DNA of 54,195 nt from a virus (lineage: Duplodnaviria > Caudoviricetes), in the IMG/VR virus record IMGVR_UViG_3300020201_000001, positions 1 through 54,195 of that record; one strand, written 5' to 3'. The position numbers and the translations under genes were made by a program. This document shows positions 10,014-20,900 of the stretch, one piece after another; within the stretch, counting starts at the first letter, position 1; each line of letters begins with the position of its first letter. The notes under the pieces were generated by a model. It made no database searches. It was not told the DNA's origin and saw nothing but the letters and a program-made list of their open reading frames with translations.

Positions 10014-11080
10014 TGGCTACCAATTGGGGGAAGACATCTTTCCAGCATCCTGATTATAAAGTGCAACAAGAATTTGAAAGGATAGCACTTACTGGCAGTA
10101 CTCTTACTAAAGAATTAGGGACTGCAGAAGAGCGAATAAGCAAACTAGAAAGGGCAAACAAAGGTGAACCTACAGAGCTTACTAAAAGATCATTGATAAC
10201 ACGACAAGATAAATCAGTAGTAGAAAGTGATACTACCAACATAGATTTCCTAAAAGACAGTACTGTAACAGATAGCAGATACGATGCAATAGTATCTTTG
10301 CTTGCTGAAAAGTATGTTGCTAACTGGGTAGAGATTAGTGGTATTACAAATATGGAAAAAATAGCGAAGAAGATTTATTATGAGATGTGTCAAAAGATAG
10401 GTAGCTTTGCATTAAGACACCGACCAGCATCGCCAATATCGTTATTTATTAAATTAGATAATCTATTCATACCAAACCACCCAAAACAAACAAGTGGTAC
10501 TGCACCATATTGGAATACTGTATTATACGGTGATATTGCAGTTAACAAAGGTTTTGACGTAGAATTTATTGGTGGCAAGTATAAAAACATTATTGCACCT
10601 AAAGATGGTTTGTACAAGTTGAACTATCGTTGGTCTTGGATTAATGGCTTCCTATCAGGCAGAAGGATATATCAATACAAAGAAGCAGATGTATATCTCA
10701 AAACTCATTTAATAGTAAATGATAGTGTAGCTCCACCAGAGTGTGAACTTGATATTGTGAAACACAACGAACACTCTTGGCAACACCCGTTGGAGTACGT
10801 AGTAGGTTCTGTGTTTGATTTAGTAGCAGATCCAACGCTTGCAGATTATTCATGGCAATCAAAAGGAATAGCTTTTGTATGGCTTAAAGCTGGAGACAAA
10901 GTAAGAGTAGCGATTGAGTATGACAGAAGCACAGAAGCACAATTAACTGGCAGTGTATTCGCAACAGGTTCATATCTACTACAAAGAGATCGTGGGGAAG
11001 CAAGCGATCAAGACAATGGTTATTTAGAACTACATTACATCGGCAATAAATCAATGAAAGGGAAGACATATTATGTGTGA
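10013..11080 (+). CDS. Tail-associated protein with coiled-coil N-terminus and C1q/TNF-like C-terminal domain
   Basis: IIAPKDGLYKLNY and VWLKAGDKVRV match C1q-fold signatures. Confidence 0.6.
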   Translation: MATNWGKTSFQHPDYKVQQEFERIALTGSTLTKELGTAEERISKLERANKGEPTELTKRSLITRQDKSVVESDTTNIDFLKDSTVTDSRYDAIVSLLAEKYVANWVEISGITNMEKIAKKIYYEMCQKIGSFALRHRPASPISLFIKLDNLFIPNHPKQTSGTAPYWNTVLYGDIAVNKGFDVEFIGGKYKNIIAPKDGLYKLNYRWSWINGFLSGRRIYQYKEADVYLKTHLIVNDSVAPPECELDIVKHNEHSWQHPLEYVVGSVFDLVADPTLADYSWQSKGIAFVWLKAGDKVRVAIEYDRSTEAQLTGSVFATGSYLLQRDRGEASDQDNGYLELHYIGNKSMKGKTYYV

Positions 11081-11582
11081 TTGCATTGTTAAAACAGGAG
11101 AGTGTGTTGAACTATCATCGATGGTACTCACACCTACATCCACAACTACATCAACAAAGAATGTATTACTCAATACTACTGGAATGGAGATTAATTCAGA
11201 ATTACCAGCACGTGAATGGGTAACCATTGAACAAGGTACTATTATAGCAAGTGGTTATACAACAACAGGAACTACAGATGTGAAAGCAGTGCCTGATTTA
11301 AGGATACACCTATTTGACGCAGTAGCAGGGTTTACTGGGACTATCAATACGATCCCTACGTTTGCCTTGCCTAATAACTATTTGGGCTTTATAGACGTTC
11401 TGGGGGCTTCTTTTACTTATGCTGGTTTGACAAAGAAAGTATTAACTGGAGTAGGTATTGGGTTCAAAGTTAGGTTAGGTACTTTGTCTAAGATATATGC
11501 TTTTGTTACTTGTGAAACTTCTGGTACTGTATTCAATGGTACAGATTCATTTTTAATTAATTTACAAACAAGGAATTTATAA
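11073..11582 (+). CDS. Beta-rich virion/tail protein
   Basis: Thr/Gly-rich ORF coupled within the tail module. Confidence 0.5.
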   Translation: MCDCIVKTGECVELSSMVLTPTSTTTSTKNVLLNTTGMEINSELPAREWVTIEQGTIIASGYTTTGTTDVKAVPDLRIHLFDAVAGFTGTINTIPTFALPNNYLGFIDVLGASFTYAGLTKKVLTGVGIGFKVRLGTLSKIYAFVTCETSGTVFNGTDSFLINLQTRNL

Positions 11583-12178
11583 TGCCAAATAGACCATTCG
11601 CCATATCAAATAATGGCACTACAACGGTAGCAAATATTGTCAACCAATCTACTAAAAGAGTAGTCACTCAAAACCCACGTAAATGGGTACCATTGTTGCA
11701 AGGGATTAAAATGGATCATGCAACAACAGACGTTCATGTACCTGACATAAACACACCACCAGTTAATAGTTATTGGAACACTACAGAGATCACACAGATT
11801 GATGCACGTGGGAATGCAGTCGCTAACAACTCTCCTGGTACTAACCATGTAAGAGGATTGGTCGGTAAACAAAAAGAACTTTTGTTTCATTCTTACACAG
11901 CAACTGGTACGTATATGTTAGAGTTAGGCTCACAACGTAATACTCCAGTAGCAATACAGTTTAGTTGTATTGTAGGATCTGGTGCTGGTACATTGTCAGT
12001 ACAGCGTTCTATTAGTGTAGATGGTATAAACTTTACTAAAACAAACATAAGTGCAGTCACAGTAGCCGCAGGTAGCACAGAAGTAATTACGCTGGTAGAT
12101 ATGCCAGAAGGTTTGTGTCATTGCTTTGAAGTTACAGTATCGGGCACAACAGAATACTATGCAGTTATGAAAGGATAA
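11582..12178 (+). CDS. Beta-rich virion/tail protein
   Basis: Coupled ORF; jelly-roll-like C-terminus (GTLSVQRSISVDGINF). Confidence 0.5.
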   Translation: MPNRPFAISNNGTTTVANIVNQSTKRVVTQNPRKWVPLLQGIKMDHATTDVHVPDINTPPVNSYWNTTEITQIDARGNAVANNSPGTNHVRGLVGKQKELLFHSYTATGTYMLELGSQRNTPVAIQFSCIVGSGAGTLSVQRSISVDGINFTKTNISAVTVAAGSTEVITLVDMPEGLCHCFEVTVSGTTEYYAVMKG

Positions 12179-12180
12179 CA

Positions 12181-13527
12181 ATGGGTAACATGAATGGCGA
12201 AATACCAGTTATAGGCACACGTCCTACTGCAAGCAGTGGTGGTGGTATAGATTTAGTTACTAATGGACAAATCAATTCATTGACGGATAAGTCTACTGTA
12301 GTTGATGCAGATGTAACTATCATTGAAGATAGTGCAGCTACGTTTGCTAAAAAGAAAGTTTTATTCAGTGTAATCAAAGAATGGATCCAGGATTGGTTAA
12401 GTACGTTTTTGGTGCAAGGTTCTGGGATGTCCCTTACCTATGATGATGCAGCGAATACTTTGACATTGGCAAGTATAGTAGATGCAACCAAAGAAAATGT
12501 ATCGAATAAAAGTACAACGACTACTTTAGGGGGTTCGGACACTTTATATCCGACACAAAATGCAGTTAAAACATACGTAGATAATTTAATAACTGGTTTA
12601 AAATGGAAACAAAGTGTTTTAGTTTCAACTACTGCTAATATCACATTGTCAGGCGAACAAACTATTGACGGTGTTACTACGAGTGCTTCGAGAGTTTTAG
12701 TAAAAAATCAATCGACAGGTTCAGAAAACGGAATTTATACTAGTGCCGCTGGTGCTTGGACACGTACCACAGATGCAGATGCTGGCACAGAGTTAGTTAA
12801 TGCAACTGTATTCATTGAGCAAGGAACTGTGTCAGCTGATACAGCTTGGGTGTGTACAAATAATAGTATAACAATTGGTTCAACTTCGTTAGTATTCGCT
12901 CAAATGTATGGTGCGGGTGCATATACAGCTCCAACAATTGGTTCGACTGTTATTAATAGCGGTACAACTGTAACGAATATTGTTGGTTTGACTTTAACTG
13001 GTCCTGTATTAGGTGTAGCAACGGCAACAAGTTTAAATGGTCTTACGATTACAACTACGTCTGGTACATTGACTATGGCGAATACAAAAACGTTAACGGT
13101 ATCTAATACTATAACATTTGCAGGTACAGATTCAACCACAATGACTTTCCCAAGTGCAAATGCAACAATAGTTGGCACAACCGCAACTCAAACTTTAACC
13201 AATAAACGTATAGACCCACGTTTGCAAAGTGTGGCAAGTAATGCAACGGTAACGCCTAATAGTGATACAGACGATGCGGTTATTATAACAGCACAAGCAG
13301 CGGGCTTAACCTTAGCCAATCCAAGTGGAACGCCCGTGCAAGGGCAACCTATGATTATCCGCATTAAAGATAATGCAACAGCACGTGCTATAACCTTTGG
13401 TTCACAATACAGAGGTATTGGAGCAGCTTTACCTACTACGACAACGATCAGTAAAACATTGTATATATCAATGATCTATAATAGCACCGATGTTAGATGG
13501 GACGTGATATTTAATCAGGAACCGTAA
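12181..13527 (+). CDS. Tail fibre protein
   Basis: Common fibre segments YPTQNAVKTYVD, ANITLSGEQTIDGV...RVLVKNQ...ENGIY...WTR and TQTLTNK; C-terminal GQPMIIRIKDN. Confidence 0.8.
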   Translation: MGNMNGEIPVIGTRPTASSGGGIDLVTNGQINSLTDKSTVVDADVTIIEDSAATFAKKKVLFSVIKEWIQDWLSTFLVQGSGMSLTYDDAANTLTLASIVDATKENVSNKSTTTTLGGSDTLYPTQNAVKTYVDNLITGLKWKQSVLVSTTANITLSGEQTIDGVTTSASRVLVKNQSTGSENGIYTSAAGAWTRTTDADAGTELVNATVFIEQGTVSADTAWVCTNNSITIGSTSLVFAQMYGAGAYTAPTIGSTVINSGTTVTNIVGLTLTGPVLGVATATSLNGLTITTTSGTLTMANTKTLTVSNTITFAGTDSTTMTFPSANATIVGTTATQTLTNKRIDPRLQSVASNATVTPNSDTDDAVIITAQAAGLTLANPSGTPVQGQPMIIRIKDNATARAITFGSQYRGIGAALPTTTTISKTLYISMIYNSTDVRWDVIFNQEP

Positions 13528-14318
13528 TGAATAGTTACTACCCAACATATCGAAAAGCAACTGTTGTTAGCAGTTATGATAGTGATGCACAAGCATTCTT
13601 CACAGCAACTGGTATAACAGATAACACCCAAAAGAATGCAGTAGATGCATTGGTTGTAGGCTTAAAAGCAGATGGTATTTGGTCTCAATTAAATGCTATT
13701 TATCCATTTGTAGGTGGCACAGCAACAACACATAAATTCAATTTAAAAACATCTTTAGATACAGATGCTGGGTTTAGATTAGTTTATGGCGGAACTGTAA
13801 CACACAGTAGTAACGGGTTCAAAGGGAATGGAAGCAATGGATATGCAGATACTTTTTTAACTCCAAGCGTTACACTATCGCTCGACAATGTAAGTATGTG
13901 GTTACATTGGACTGTAGCTAATAGTAATTCAAACAAATACACAGGAGCAAGGAGTACAGGTGGTCCACCTTATGTGATGTTACGTGCTGGCGATGCTGGG
14001 AGTTCGTTTGACACTTGGGCTAACGATAGTGGTGGAACAGATTTTGCAAGCAATAATCCTTCGACTGGGTGGTTAGGTGTGACAAGAGATAGCAGTAGCA
14101 CTTTACGTAGATATATAGGTTCAGCAGCTTCTGAAACAGCAGCAAGAACAAGTACAAGCACAGTTAATGCCTCTATCTATATTGGAGGTGTTAATAATTT
14201 TGCTTCATATCAAAATGCAACTTTTGGTTTCTTCGCACTTGGTGGTAGTTTAAATGCTACAGATGCTGGCAATTTAAGAACAAGAGTTGAAACTTTTCAA
14301 ACAGCATTAGGGAGATAA
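13527..14318 (+). CDS. Fibre-associated receptor-binding-like protein (ConA/LamG-like)
   Basis: DAQAFFTATGITD...LKADGIW...AIYPFVGG...HKFNLK N-terminus followed by a beta-sandwich-like region. Confidence 0.6.
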   Translation: MNSYYPTYRKATVVSSYDSDAQAFFTATGITDNTQKNAVDALVVGLKADGIWSQLNAIYPFVGGTATTHKFNLKTSLDTDAGFRLVYGGTVTHSSNGFKGNGSNGYADTFLTPSVTLSLDNVSMWLHWTVANSNSNKYTGARSTGGPPYVMLRAGDAGSSFDTWANDSGGTDFASNNPSTGWLGVTRDSSSTLRRYIGSAASETAARTSTSTVNASIYIGGVNNFASYQNATFGFFALGGSLNATDAGNLRTRVETFQTALGR

Positions 14319-14322
14319 TAAT

Positions 14323-14538
14323 ATGCCATTAGGTTACACATTAACACAGGCACAAAAAGAATCAATACACGGTCAATTTTGGAGCAACGACACGACATTT
14401 AACGTTGTTAAAAATGATTTAGATGAATGGTATTTGCCAGACTTTTTAACTGATACTTCGGAAATTGCTAACACACAATTTGCTTGGCTATTAGCATTAC
14501 CAATTAAATTTCACACACCACCAACTGTAACTTTATAA
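14323..14538 (+). CDS. Small fibre-associated hypothetical protein
   Basis: GGGAG RBS; follows the fibre genes. Confidence 0.55.
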   Translation: MPLGYTLTQAQKESIHGQFWSNDTTFNVVKNDLDEWYLPDFLTDTSEIANTQFAWLLALPIKFHTPPTVTL

Positions 14539-14549
14539 CAAGGAATATA

Positions 14550-14819
14550 ATGAGCTACAACGAAACAGCCACATGGGCAAGAGATGTATTAAGACTAATG
14601 TCAGTAACATTTATTCTGTGGTTAGCCACGGAGTTCATGGCATTACGTGATCAACAAAAAGCGTTTTTATCTAACCATAGTTCTATTAAGTATGAGATAG
14701 ATATGTTACGTAAAGACATTCTAGAAATCAAAGAAACACAATTGCTTCTGAATGATATACAGTTAGAACAAGAAGCATCAATAAGGACAGGGAAATATGG
14801 ACGTAGGCAAAATCGTTAA
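14550..14819 (+). CDS. Small membrane-anchored coiled-coil protein (possible lysis accessory)
   Basis: One hydrophobic segment (VLRLMSVTFILWLA) followed by heptad-like sequence; AAGGA RBS. Confidence 0.5.
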   Translation: MSYNETATWARDVLRLMSVTFILWLATEFMALRDQQKAFLSNHSSIKYEIDMLRKDILEIKETQLLLNDIQLEQEASIRTGKYGRRQNR

Positions 14820-15078
14820 TGGCGGCAGTGCATTAGCATCACTAATACCAGGTGTAGGAATGTTCGCTGGACCTGCACTTTCAATTGCAGGATCATTACT
14901 AAGTGGACAATCAGAAGCAGACAAACAAAGAGAAGCAGAAAGCAAAGCACAAATGCAAGCACAGCAAACAGCGGAGAGCGACGCAATGGCACAAACTGAT
15001 ATGATAGTCGAGGAACGCAAGAAAAAGCTAATGGAGAGCTTAGCATCAATCAATATGAATGTAACAGGAGATATGTAA
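14797..15078 (+). CDS. Putative ejected internal virion protein
   Basis: Gly/Ala hydrophobic N-terminus (LIPGVGMFAGPALSIAGSLLSG) and Q/A-rich helix. Confidence 0.55.
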   Translation: MDVGKIVNGGSALASLIPGVGMFAGPALSIAGSLLSGQSEADKQREAESKAQMQAQQTAESDAMAQTDMIVEERKKKLMESLASINMNVTGDM

Positions 15079-15079
15079 G

Positions 15080-15952
15080 ATGAGTAACGCTATCAACTAC
15101 CACCCAACAATCATGCAAATGATTAAAGCTAAGCAACAACAAGCTATTGCTAAGCCAATTCCAGCGACAGTTGCACCACAGCCAGTTGCACCACCACCAT
15201 CACCAGCACCAGTTGTACAGCAAACAGCACCGCCAGCGACACAGAACGTACCTAACATACAAAACGATGCAACTCATAGTAGAGACTATATGGGTGCGTT
15301 ACTTGGCTTAGGACAGTCTGGAGCTTCTGCGTTCTTACAAGGTGGCAATGGTTGGCAGACTATAAGACGTAGGGAAAAAGAAGTTGACGAAGCATTGAGC
15401 AACAACGTACAAGATCGTGACCGTATTCTTAATGCTACTCCAGAAGCAACAAGAAGAGCTCAAGCAGCACAACTCAATCAAGGCAAGTCACAAGCAGTAC
15501 AAGCGGCAGCTAATGTAGGTGCAGGTATGAGTAGTTCGGCAGGTTTAAGTGGTGGTGATACTAACTCGGCAGTATTAAGTGCGGTTAAAGCTTCTGCACC
15601 AGTAATGCAAGCAAGTGCAGGTTATGATTCACAATTAAGCCAAAACTTTGCAGGTCGTGATCAAGCTGATGCTAACATTAACCAACAAGCAATGGGTAAT
15701 ACGATGATGCGAGGACAGTTAGCAGAAATGACTAACTATACAGACCGAGAAAACCAATCGAATAACCAATGGGCATCTTTCGCAGCTAACGCTACTAATT
15801 CAGCTCTTAATGGTGTGAATGCTTTAGACAACTTTAAAACTATGGGTGATCAAAAGAACACAGTAGCTAATACTTATATTGATCCAGCGGACGGCAAACT
15901 GTATTACACAAATCGTAATGGTCAAAAAACAGAATATAAAGGAAATAGTTAA
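15080..15952 (+). CDS. Putative ejected internal virion protein
   Basis: Pro-rich N-terminus; Q/A/N-rich helical body. Confidence 0.55.
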   Translation: MSNAINYHPTIMQMIKAKQQQAIAKPIPATVAPQPVAPPPSPAPVVQQTAPPATQNVPNIQNDATHSRDYMGALLGLGQSGASAFLQGGNGWQTIRRREKEVDEALSNNVQDRDRILNATPEATRRAQAAQLNQGKSQAVQAAANVGAGMSSSAGLSGGDTNSAVLSAVKASAPVMQASAGYDSQLSQNFAGRDQADANINQQAMGNTMMRGQLAEMTNYTDRENQSNNQWASFAANATNSALNGVNALDNFKTMGDQKNTVANTYIDPADGKLYYTNRNGQKTEYKGNS

Positions 15953-17445
15953 TGCCACAAATAAGCGAACAACATAGCACAGTCCAACGGAACGACGCTA
16001 TAGAAAATTCTTTGCAAATAGGTTTAGCCACATTAGGCAGTAACTTACTTGCTAAAAGACAGGAAAAGCAAAGACAAAATCAAGCAGCTAATTTAGCAGC
16101 TGATGTAATGCGTACGGATTGGAACCATATAGACAACGGTGCTTCTATGGAATTTAAAGATGGATTAATGAATGTCAGTCCAGACTTAGGTGATTACCAA
16201 GCTCAACTAATGAAAGATAAACTTGCTGGTAACCCAGATGATTTAAGCCAACGAGATTTAGTGACACCATTAACTAAAGTAGCTGGACAACCTGCAGTAC
16301 CAGACCTGTTACAAGAAGCAAAAGATTTCAGGACAGATGAAGCAGCTCAATCAGCTAACGTAGCAGGAGCAAACGCTTCGGTGGCAATAAATAACCTTAT
16401 GAGTGGTGGTACTATTGGGACAGCACAACCAACACCACCAGCAATTGTGCCACCAGTCGTACCCCCAGCGGTTACACCAGTTGTACCTGCTGCGGCAACA
16501 CCAGCAACACCAGCTAACTTTATACCCTTCCTACCACCAGCAACACCAGCAACACCAGCAACACCAGCACCAGTTACGCCCGTAGTACCACCAGTGGCAC
16601 CAGTAGCGGGAGCATTGCCAACGCCACGTTTCACTGGTAGTGCAAACAAAGTAGCTCAAGGTACTACAGAAAAAGAAACTCTTAGCACGACGAATCAATT
16701 ATCATCAGTCGCCTTAGAACGTAAAGATACAACACTGTATCAAATGGGTAAGCAAGAAGCCATCAGAGACGAACTTAAAACAAGTATTGGTGATTTACGT
16801 AGGCTTAGTGATTTTCGTTCCATTAGCAACGCTTTAACGGGTGCTACAGACAATCCTTATACTGCGTTGCAATCATACAGACAACAATTCATAGCATCAG
16901 TACAAGATAAGATTGGTATGCGAACTAAAATAGAAGCAATACCTACTGAACAAAAAGTTGCATTAGGTGAAGTTAAGTATAGTACAAAACAAGGCGTGGA
17001 TAGTCGTCAGAATACATCTATCTCTAATTCTACTTCATCACATGGTGGTGGTGGTGGTGCTCAACAAAAAGCAGTTGAAGCAGGGAAGATAAACGTAAAT
17101 GGGGTTGACTTTACTGCATACAGCAAAGAACCTGGATATAGCTATTTTACATCTGCAAATTTTGCAGTTAAACCGCTACAAGCTTTCTGGGATGATATGA
17201 AAAACAATCTTGTGACACTGGATGGCAAGGTAATCAACGACGACAAGGCTACTTTTGGCGGCAAACCAATAAAAATTATGTACAACGGTCACCCTTTCAT
17301 CTACAATGGAGGGACAAAACAAGTAGGGGTTATAAAAGATCACAAGTATGCAACTGGTGTGTTAGAGCTTCTATTAGGTTTGGGAGTGAGTGGAAGTAAT
17401 TCACAGACTGGAAACCCTTATCCGACAAAGACAGGTCCTAAATAA
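15952..17445 (+). CDS. Putative ejected internal virion protein with a Pro-Ala-Thr-Val linker
   Basis: Helical N-terminus, long PAT/PVV low-complexity linker, globular C-terminus. Confidence 0.55.
   Translation: MPQISEQHSTVQRNDAIENSLQIGLATLGSNLLAKRQEKQRQNQAANLAADVMRTDWNHIDNGASMEFKDGLMNVSPDLGDYQAQLMKDKLAGNPDDLSQRDLVTPLTKVAGQPAVPDLLQEAKDFRTDEAAQSANVAGANASVAINNLMSGGTIGTAQPTPPAIVPPVVPPAVTPVVPAAATPATPANFIPFLPPATPATPATPAPVTPVVPPVAPVAGALPTPRFTGSANKVAQGTTEKETLSTTNQLSSVALERKDTTLYQMGKQEAIRDELKTSIGDLRRLSDFRSISNALTGATDNPYTALQSYRQQFIASVQDKIGMRTKIEAIPTEQKVALGEVKYSTKQGVDSRQNTSISNSTSSHGGGGGAQQKAVEAGKINVNGVDFTAYSKEPGYSYFTSANFAVKPLQAFWDDMKNNLVTLDGKVINDDKATFGGKPIKIMYNGHPFIYNGGTKQVGVIKDHKYATGVLELLLGLGVSGSNSQTGNPYPTKTGPK
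16537..16569 (+). repeat. 9-bp coding tandem repeat CCAGCAACA (PAT repeats)
   Basis: Three full copies and one partial copy; further copies near 16495-16514. Confidence 0.85.
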
Positions 17446-17472
17446 AAACAACAAAAAAAACAAAGGAAACAA

Positions 17473-17973
17473 ATGGCAAATAAAATAAAATACTATCCAG
17501 GACATGGACCGCTACCTGTCAGTACTTACGTACATAAAGCCGTGGCAGCTCCTAATCCACACGATATTAGAGACCAAACAAATCTGGAATATAGAACAAG
17601 GCTTGAACAAAAAGAGCTTAACGACCAGCTAACCGAAGCAGTTATAAAGTATCGTGCAAATTTAAGTATGGAAAACGAAAAGAGAACACATCATGGAGCA
17701 TCTGATCAATATCGTATTAAAGTTAACGAACTGCGTTTACAAGGTCAAAAGAGATATGGTGGTTATATGACACCAGAGGAACAAAAAATACTTGAGAAAG
17801 TAGGTACTTTACCTGGCACAAAGGGAGAGCAAAAACATTTATCGGATTCACTGACTGCAGTGGAACGACCAAAGCAACAACAAGTACAACAACAATACAC
17901 ACAATCCAAATCACCGGAACCAAAGCCACGTAAACCTTCGTTTAGTGGCAAATTTGACAAACCACACTATTAA
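17473..17973 (+). CDS. Basic hypothetical protein in the ejected-protein cluster
   Basis: AAGGA RBS; lies directly before the giant gene. Confidence 0.6.
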   Translation: MANKIKYYPGHGPLPVSTYVHKAVAAPNPHDIRDQTNLEYRTRLEQKELNDQLTEAVIKYRANLSMENEKRTHHGASDQYRIKVNELRLQGQKRYGGYMTPEEQKILEKVGTLPGTKGEQKHLSDSLTAVERPKQQQVQQQYTQSKSPEPKPRKPSFSGKFDKPHY

Positions 17974-17995
17974 GAAACCAAAATAACAGGAAATT

Positions 17996-20900
17996 ATGTC
18001 AAAGAATATTGTAGATCTAACACCTCCAATTAGTGGACGTGCCTTAGTTGAGACCATTCCTATTGTACCAACACGTAGAGAAATGTCCAATGCTAAAGAT
18101 GAAGCAATGCGGGAACAAGCGTTCTCAAAGAAATTGTTATTTGATGACAAAAGTGCAGAAGCAGTTGTTACAGGTAAAACAATGCTTAACCAACCTAACA
18201 TTAATAGGGATATACCTAAAACTGACAACACTCGCACTAAAGCTATTCCTCAACCTAAAAGCAAAACAAAGGATATACCAGGTGCAACGAAATTTGACTA
18301 TGTGGGGCAATCTAAAAAGGATGCAGAAGCCAAAGAAATGGATATAGGCTATGGTGATGATAAGTTAGACGAAGCACGCAAGATTGCTAACACACCTATG
18401 GCGAATCAAGAAAATGGTGAAATCTTTTATGACATACCAAAGATACAATCCGCACGTTTAGCTTTGCAAGGTAAAATAGACGAGCTTACTGCAAGCTCTG
18501 GTTTAACTGATAGTGGTAAAAGCCAGATGTTTACACAAGGTGCAAAAGACAATGGCATAATAGGTAAAGCAATGTTACCTTTCGTGCCTATTGCAGATAC
18601 GTTTGAGAACTTACAACAAAATTATTTACACCCAAAAAGAGAAGGTGCAGCACCATTAACACCAGACGATCCTAAGTACGCACAACGTAAAACAGAATAT
18701 CAATTAGAAGAATATTCTAAGATTATGAACAACTTAACGACACAGTATAATTATGCAAAAACGTTCCCTAATGGTAAAGTTGATTTCAGTCCACAAAGAC
18801 GAGTTGACGAGGGAGTTTCCAGTGCAGCGAAAAGTGTTGTTATGGGATATGTAGGAGACTTTGCAAATCATTTCACTGACGGTGGTGCTACTAAATTAAT
18901 GGAGAAAGTGTTTAGCACAGATGTAGCTACAGGACGTGCTTTGTTACAACAAGAATTAGAGAAAGCGAAAAGATTAGGTGGCAACAAACCAGACGAAATC
19001 ATACCAGAGTTAGGTATGACTTACAATCAGTTTGTCACAGGCTGGGAATCAGTACTTACCAATACTGGATTAGGCATAGTTAACTTAGTCAGCTCATTAG
19101 CACCAGGTGGTTCGTTTTCTACGGCAGGTGCAGTTGCTAATGATGTGATAAGCATAGCAAGTAAAGTAGTAAAGAGTGGAGCTAATGTAGTTAAAGAAAA
19201 GTTAGCACTAAGAACAGCTACTGCACTTGCAACAGATAAAGTTGTGTTTGACGGCATAGCTAAAGATATTGCTCTTAAAGCAGTGGATCCACAATGGGTG
19301 CAAAAGACAGAGCTATTTAGTCCAACGATTAAGAACATGATCGCCAAAGCACCAACAGATGCAGCAAGATTAGAAGTAGTAGAATTTGCCTTGAAAGACC
19401 AAACCTACAAAGTATTTAAACAAGTTTTTGCTGAAGCTAAGTTAGTAGGCAGAGCCTTGGAGCAAGCAAACATGTTAAAGTCAGCAGTTGGTCGAGTAAA
19501 CGGTCTTGGTTCATTGGATCAGCTTAGCAACATACTAGCCGATATTGTATCAGGCACTACAGCAACACAGTCTGAAGTGCTTGGCAAAATTGCCGTTGAC
19601 AGTATACGTATGTATTTAACAGGGTTGCTCAATACTGGCGACGCAGGAAGTGCAGAAAACTTAGCAACGTTAGGTGCGTACAGTAGTTTCTTTGGCACTA
19701 CAATGAAAAAATTAAGCATGACATACTTAGCGAAAAGTGATGCATTACGTCAAGCTATCGCACATGGTGATAGTAAATTAACCAATGACTTAATTGCTCA
19801 ATATCAAAAGACATCTCAATTATTTGCGATAATAGCGAATGACTTTGGTGGCGGTGGTGCACAGACAGTTGACGAGCTACGTAAGTTGGTAGGTAGTGAG
19901 GATATATGGAAAGAAATAGTTAAAACAGCGATGCCTAACTTCATTCTGGCACACGGTTCATTTACTTCGGCTAACAGATACATGAAAGAAAGAGGTCAAG
20001 ACGTACAGAACAAAAAGTGGGGGCTGGAGTTTAACAATGTGGTGGCAAAAGGAGCTCCAAATGTATCAGATGGTTTTGGGGGCACTGCCGCAAGTATAGC
20101 AGCCGGGAAAGATATAAGAGGCACAGTTGAAAGCACAGTTAACAAAGCATATCATGCTACTGCACCTGGCAAGCAAAAAGTAAGTATGGAAAAGTTTATT
20201 AAGGACAGTGCTAATCTATCAGGGATAAGTAAAAACACTGGCGAAATGAAAGTAGGTGAATTGCTTAACCTTTTAGAGAGATGGAAGAAAGAAGGTTTAC
20301 TGTCAAAAGATTTCAAAGTCTTTGACGAAGCTAACCATGTAAAAATTCTAAGTGGTATTCCAGCTGATACCAAAGTTGTATTCACCCAAGAAAACAAAAG
20401 CAATACTGAAAGCAAAGCTGAATACGATGCAACTACTAATACTATCAACTTCCATAACTTTGACTTTACAGGCACAGCACAGAACCCAATACGTCCAGAA
20501 GAAGTATTTAGCACAATAGCAGGCTTAATGAGTGAAGAGCTTACACACGCAGCTACAGTCCATAAAATTAAAGCTAACCCTGAAAAGATAGACGCTCTTA
20601 GACAAAAATATTTAGACAAGTTTAATGCTATGTACCCACCAGAAGTAGGACTTCCAGCAGATGCGGGTGCTATCCAATATGCATTAAGCAACAATGAAGA
20701 GTTTGTAGCTAATTTGTTTAATAACTTGCAAAGCCCACATTTCTTTAAATTTATTAAAGAAGCAGATAAAGCACAGAACGGTACAGTCAAAGCATTCTTA
20801 GATAACGTGTTGGATAAATTTGGCTTAGATGGTGCTGACCAAACGCTACGTAAAAACATATCTAAGATTATCTTAGACGTATTACCAGAAGACAGCAAAG

